From the NCBI RefSeq assembly GCF_036971445.1, contig NC_091469.1:327422001-327486000 (forward strand): 64,000 nucleotides of DNA, written 5' to 3'. The translations under genes were made by a program, and so were the position numbers. The notes beneath the pieces are model-generated. The model saw nothing but the letters and a program-made list of their open reading frames with translations. It did no database searches and was not told the DNA's origin. Shown here piece by piece: positions 62,601 through 64,000 of the stretch. Numbering within the stretch: position 1 is the stretch's first letter; every line of letters starts with the position of its first letter. The stretch comes from Narcine bancroftii (lineage: Eukaryota).

Positions 62601-62704
62601 GATGTCAGAGAATCTCAGAAAATAGCAGAGGCGACCCATTCAGCTCTTCGAGTCTGCACCACCATTCAAATATGAACATAATGATTGTTTGCCCAAATAC
62701 AAGC

Positions 62705-63649
62705 CATGACAGAGTACTTAGAGGTACTTTTGGAGGAATTGATAGAGCAGGTTACACACAGACATTTTAAAACACATAATTTTTGCAAGACTTTTGCAGA
62801 GTGCTATTTTGCAGAAAGCAACAAAGCAGCAACATTCAGCAGTGTGCCTGGGAGAGCATGTGATCCTTGCAGGCAGATGAAAAGCTTCGCTCTCAGAGGG
62901 AGGGAGCTGGGAGAGAAGGAGAGACAGAGAAATTGGTTCCAAAGGGAAACTTTGGAAGACTGTCTGGTCAAAGGAGAAGACTTGCTGTCTGAATGGTGGC
63001 CTGAAAGAAAGAGGATCATCTGGAGTTCCCTGAATGGGGCAAGTTTCGTCAGCAAGACTGATTGGAAAGGAATCAGGTGCGGATGTCCTAGAGCAAAAGG
63101 ATTTTCTCTCAGAAAACCAACCAGAACCCTCCTGAGTGGTAACCATTTGCCTGTAAAGCACCAAAACCTGGTGAAGTTTATTAATGCTAACTTCTGTGCA
63201 CAACACAAGAATTGCCTGCAACCAGTGAGATTGGACTGTGATCCAAAGAACTTTTCTAAGCTTATATACACATTAAACACACCTGCGCTTAGTATTAGTT
63301 TTAGAGGAGGGACTGACAAAAGACAAAGGAGGAAAAACCCAACACCCAACCCCAACCAACCAATTTTCCCTTGCAACCGCTGCAACCATGTCTGCCTGTC
63401 CTGCATCGGACTTGTCAGCCACAAACGAGCCTGCAGCTGACGTGGACATTACCCCTCCATAAATCTTCGTCCGCGAAGCCAAGCCAAAGAAAAAGAAAAG
63501 AAAGAAGTAAGCTGATAGTAATGTTAAAAGTTTAATTCTGTTTTCTTGTTCAAATATAATTAAAAAGCTACTTTTGTTTAAGCACCCCTTTGTGTTGTGG
63601 TGCATATCTATTGGTGGTGGGGTTTGGGGGTCCTCTGAACTCCGTAACA
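62705..63649 (+). mobile_element. Solo LTR, diverged subfamily, carrying a nested RTE fragment
   Basis: Homologous to 15140-16157 and ends CCGTAACA. TSD aagc at 62701-62704 and 63650-63653. The 5' end reads CATGACAG instead of TGTGACAG. Confidence 0.8.
63312..63507 (+). mobile_element. RTE LINE 3' fragment (~195 bp)
   Basis: Encodes TDKRQRRKNPTPNPNQPIFPCNRC...HKRACS*, then the cttcgtccgcgaagccaagcc tail. Confidence 0.95.
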
Positions 63650-64000
63650 AAGCAAATGCAAAATAAGATTAATTGCATTTTACACATACTGTAAATGGAA
63701 AATGCATTAAAATAAATCAACACTTTTCTTACAAATATGATGCGTATTTAATGAGTAAAATACTACACTGAAGCTCCAATCAGAAAGACTGCTAATTTAT
63801 TATATAATAAAAGCATGTTTGACTTGACAGTTTATAGAAAAATTTATGCTAAAAATATTGATCAAAATGAACAAGATTGTTTCATATCCACACAAGGATA
63901 CAGAAACAATGCATGAGATTTAAATGGATTTCAGTGAACTGCTGATGCTGCAGTCTCCCCATCCCCCTTCATCCTTTCACCCAGAAGGGCCAAATCCAAC

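Overview
Eukaryotic, AT-rich, repeat-dominated DNA with one assembly gap (43656-43794). The repeat mix (V-domain tRNA SINEs, CR1, Rex1/Babar, L1 and Tx1, Penelope with hammerhead-like pLTR motifs, Gypsy LTRs, Tc1, Helitron, MITEs) fits a non-mammalian vertebrate, most likely a cartilaginous fish (inference). I cannot identify an intact host gene, so the window is probably a large intron or intergenic region. Nearly all ORF-track entries are decayed transposon fragments or chance ORFs. Highlights: (1) a very young RTE-clade LINE family in five copies, including one with a complete twin-priming 5' inversion and a 46-bp 3'-end-only insertion; (2) minimal hammerhead-ribozyme-like motifs in Penelope terminal repeats; (3) a ~1-kb solo-LTR family with 4-bp TSDs; (4) a fold-back Gypsy LTR/gag fragment with no visible tRNA PBS; (5) a chimeric insert joining a CR1-like tail to a Myb/SANT-like fragment; (6) four ATG-initiated, phase-0, minus-strand exon candidates in unique sequence that might be alternative first exons (speculative). 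Element boundaries without TSDs are approximate and read by eye. No database searches were run.
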